DNA of 63,078 nucleotides, counting the filler, from Ionaspis alba (Eukaryota): NCBI GenBank assembly GCA_964255285.1. It is 6 parts of 6 records of this genome, joined end to end, with 100 filler letters (N's around TTAATTAATTAA, not from the genome) between each part and the next. Parts side by side here need not be neighbours in the genome. Positions count along the whole stretch, not along the records: positions 52,700 to 63,078 come from CAXUUL010000609.1; 5 more parts are not named here. One strand, 5' to 3'. The notes under the pieces were generated by a model. That model did no database searches. It was not told the origin of the DNA and worked only from the letters and a program-made list of their open reading frames with translations. Positions 61,867-63,078 of the stretch are shown here, piece after piece. Position 1 is the stretch's first letter. Each line of letters opens with the position of its first letter. Position numbers and translations under genes: made by a program.

Positions 61867-63078
61867 TTACTCCTCAATTGACTTAACACAATCCCACTCT
61901 CCAGCCAGATTCTCCTTCCAAAGCGTCACCTTGTTGTCCCCTCCACTGATCGCTAGCACGTTGCCACTCAAACTCCAGCTCGCTCTCCACAGCACAGCCT
62001 CAAAATTCAACGTCACGTGCTTCCAGTCGTTTGGGTTCGAAGGATCGGAGGTCCATATGCGAACTGTCTTATCTTGCGAAGCCGACGCAATATATGAACG
62101 CGAGAGAATGGTGGGCGACCAGGCCACATCTCGAACCCAGTCGGTGTGGCCAGTAAGCGTCACGGTATTGAGGTACGTTTTTTGTTCCGGGCTGAACACG
62201 AGTCACAAGAGTCAGCTTGGAGAGCCAAAGCATACACCGGAGCGGGACACCAACCTCCAGTCCCAAATTTTGACCAGGCAATCACTCCCTCCACTCACGA
62301 ACCTCCTCATCGCACCCTTCTCCGGATTCGCGCTCACCAAACTCCCCGGTCGCGCACTCGGCGCCCAGCTCACACTATTGACACCCAGCCCGTGCGCATT
62401 CTGCAGGATCACATGGCCCCAACTGCCGTCTTGGAACTCCAATACCGAGATGCTACCGTCTGAGGAGGCGCAGGCGAGCAGACAGCCACATTCATGGGGT
62501 GCCCAGCTGAGCAGGTTGACGGAGGCGGTGTGGAGCGTTGATTCGAAGACTTTTTGGAAGGTGGAGGCGGAATTCGAGGAGGAGGTTGTGGGTGTCGAGC
62601 GCCAGATCAGGACACGTCCGTCATAGGAAGAGGAGGCGAGGATTGTGCCGAATTTGGGGTGAGCCTGATATCGTCGTGTTAATAAAGGGTAGGGATGAGA
62701 GGTGGGGGAGGATAAGGGGGAAGGTACCCATGAGACGCACCAGACAGCGCCGTCATGCCTGTGATGCAAATCAGCTTTAAAGTTACGAGCATTGACAGTA
62801 TGAGATCGCGAAATACCCTCGTAGTGTCTCTGTTAATTTGTGGGTGTCTCCTTCAATGTCGAAGATTTTGATGGTCTTGTCCGAGGAGCAGGTCGCTAAT
62901 CGTCGCCCATAGTAGTCAAGCACTGCATCATGCTGGAGAGCGCTTCGAGTCAGTTCTGAGAGGAAGCAGAGCTCTAGGGAGCTGGGGGCGCATTGGCCCT
63001 TCGCGAAGAAACCACGTACAATCATATCATCGTGACCGGAATTTGTAATTACTTGCGCCTGGAAGCGTTAGCCAGTAT
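61867..63078 (-). CDS. SEC13: COPII/nucleoporin WD40 protein Sec13; first exon beyond window
   Basis: [119 protein letters not shown]. Confidence 0.97.

Overview
Intron-rich genomic DNA from a filamentous ascomycete (Pezizomycotina; protein style suggests Eurotiomycetes, not determinable here). It is a draft scaffold with eight ~100-nt gaps, five carrying an artificial TTAATTAATTAA linker. About 24 protein genes or fragments are recognisable: a Kelch-repeat protein, GH47 mannosidase, FLILHELTA/Mrx11-like protein, NDK, glucosidase II alpha, a GTPase-like/RasGEF fusion, zf-HIT protein, NFU1, ACT amino-acid permease, copper amine oxidase, TeaC/Bud14-like SH3 protein, EEP/TDP2-like nuclease, a kinase fragment, HEM1, ABC-F, RPA49, DUF1996-WSC, a Cys-repeat secreted protein, an AA12-like dehydrogenase, an F-box protein and SEC13. 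There is also an intron-containing tRNA-Phe, a 181-bp MITE-like palindrome and an AT-rich RIP-like relic. The best leads are (1) a probable spliced ~75-aa small ORF followed by a ~490-nt ATG-free leader in front of the F-box gene, a candidate conserved-peptide uORF system; (2) a stop-riddled relic resembling the C-terminus of DUF3435 (Starship captain-type) recombinases next to the tRNA gene, at the start of an accessory-looking block; and (3) the MITE in a divergent promoter. Exon boundaries were read by eye and family calls come from motif recognition, not database searches.
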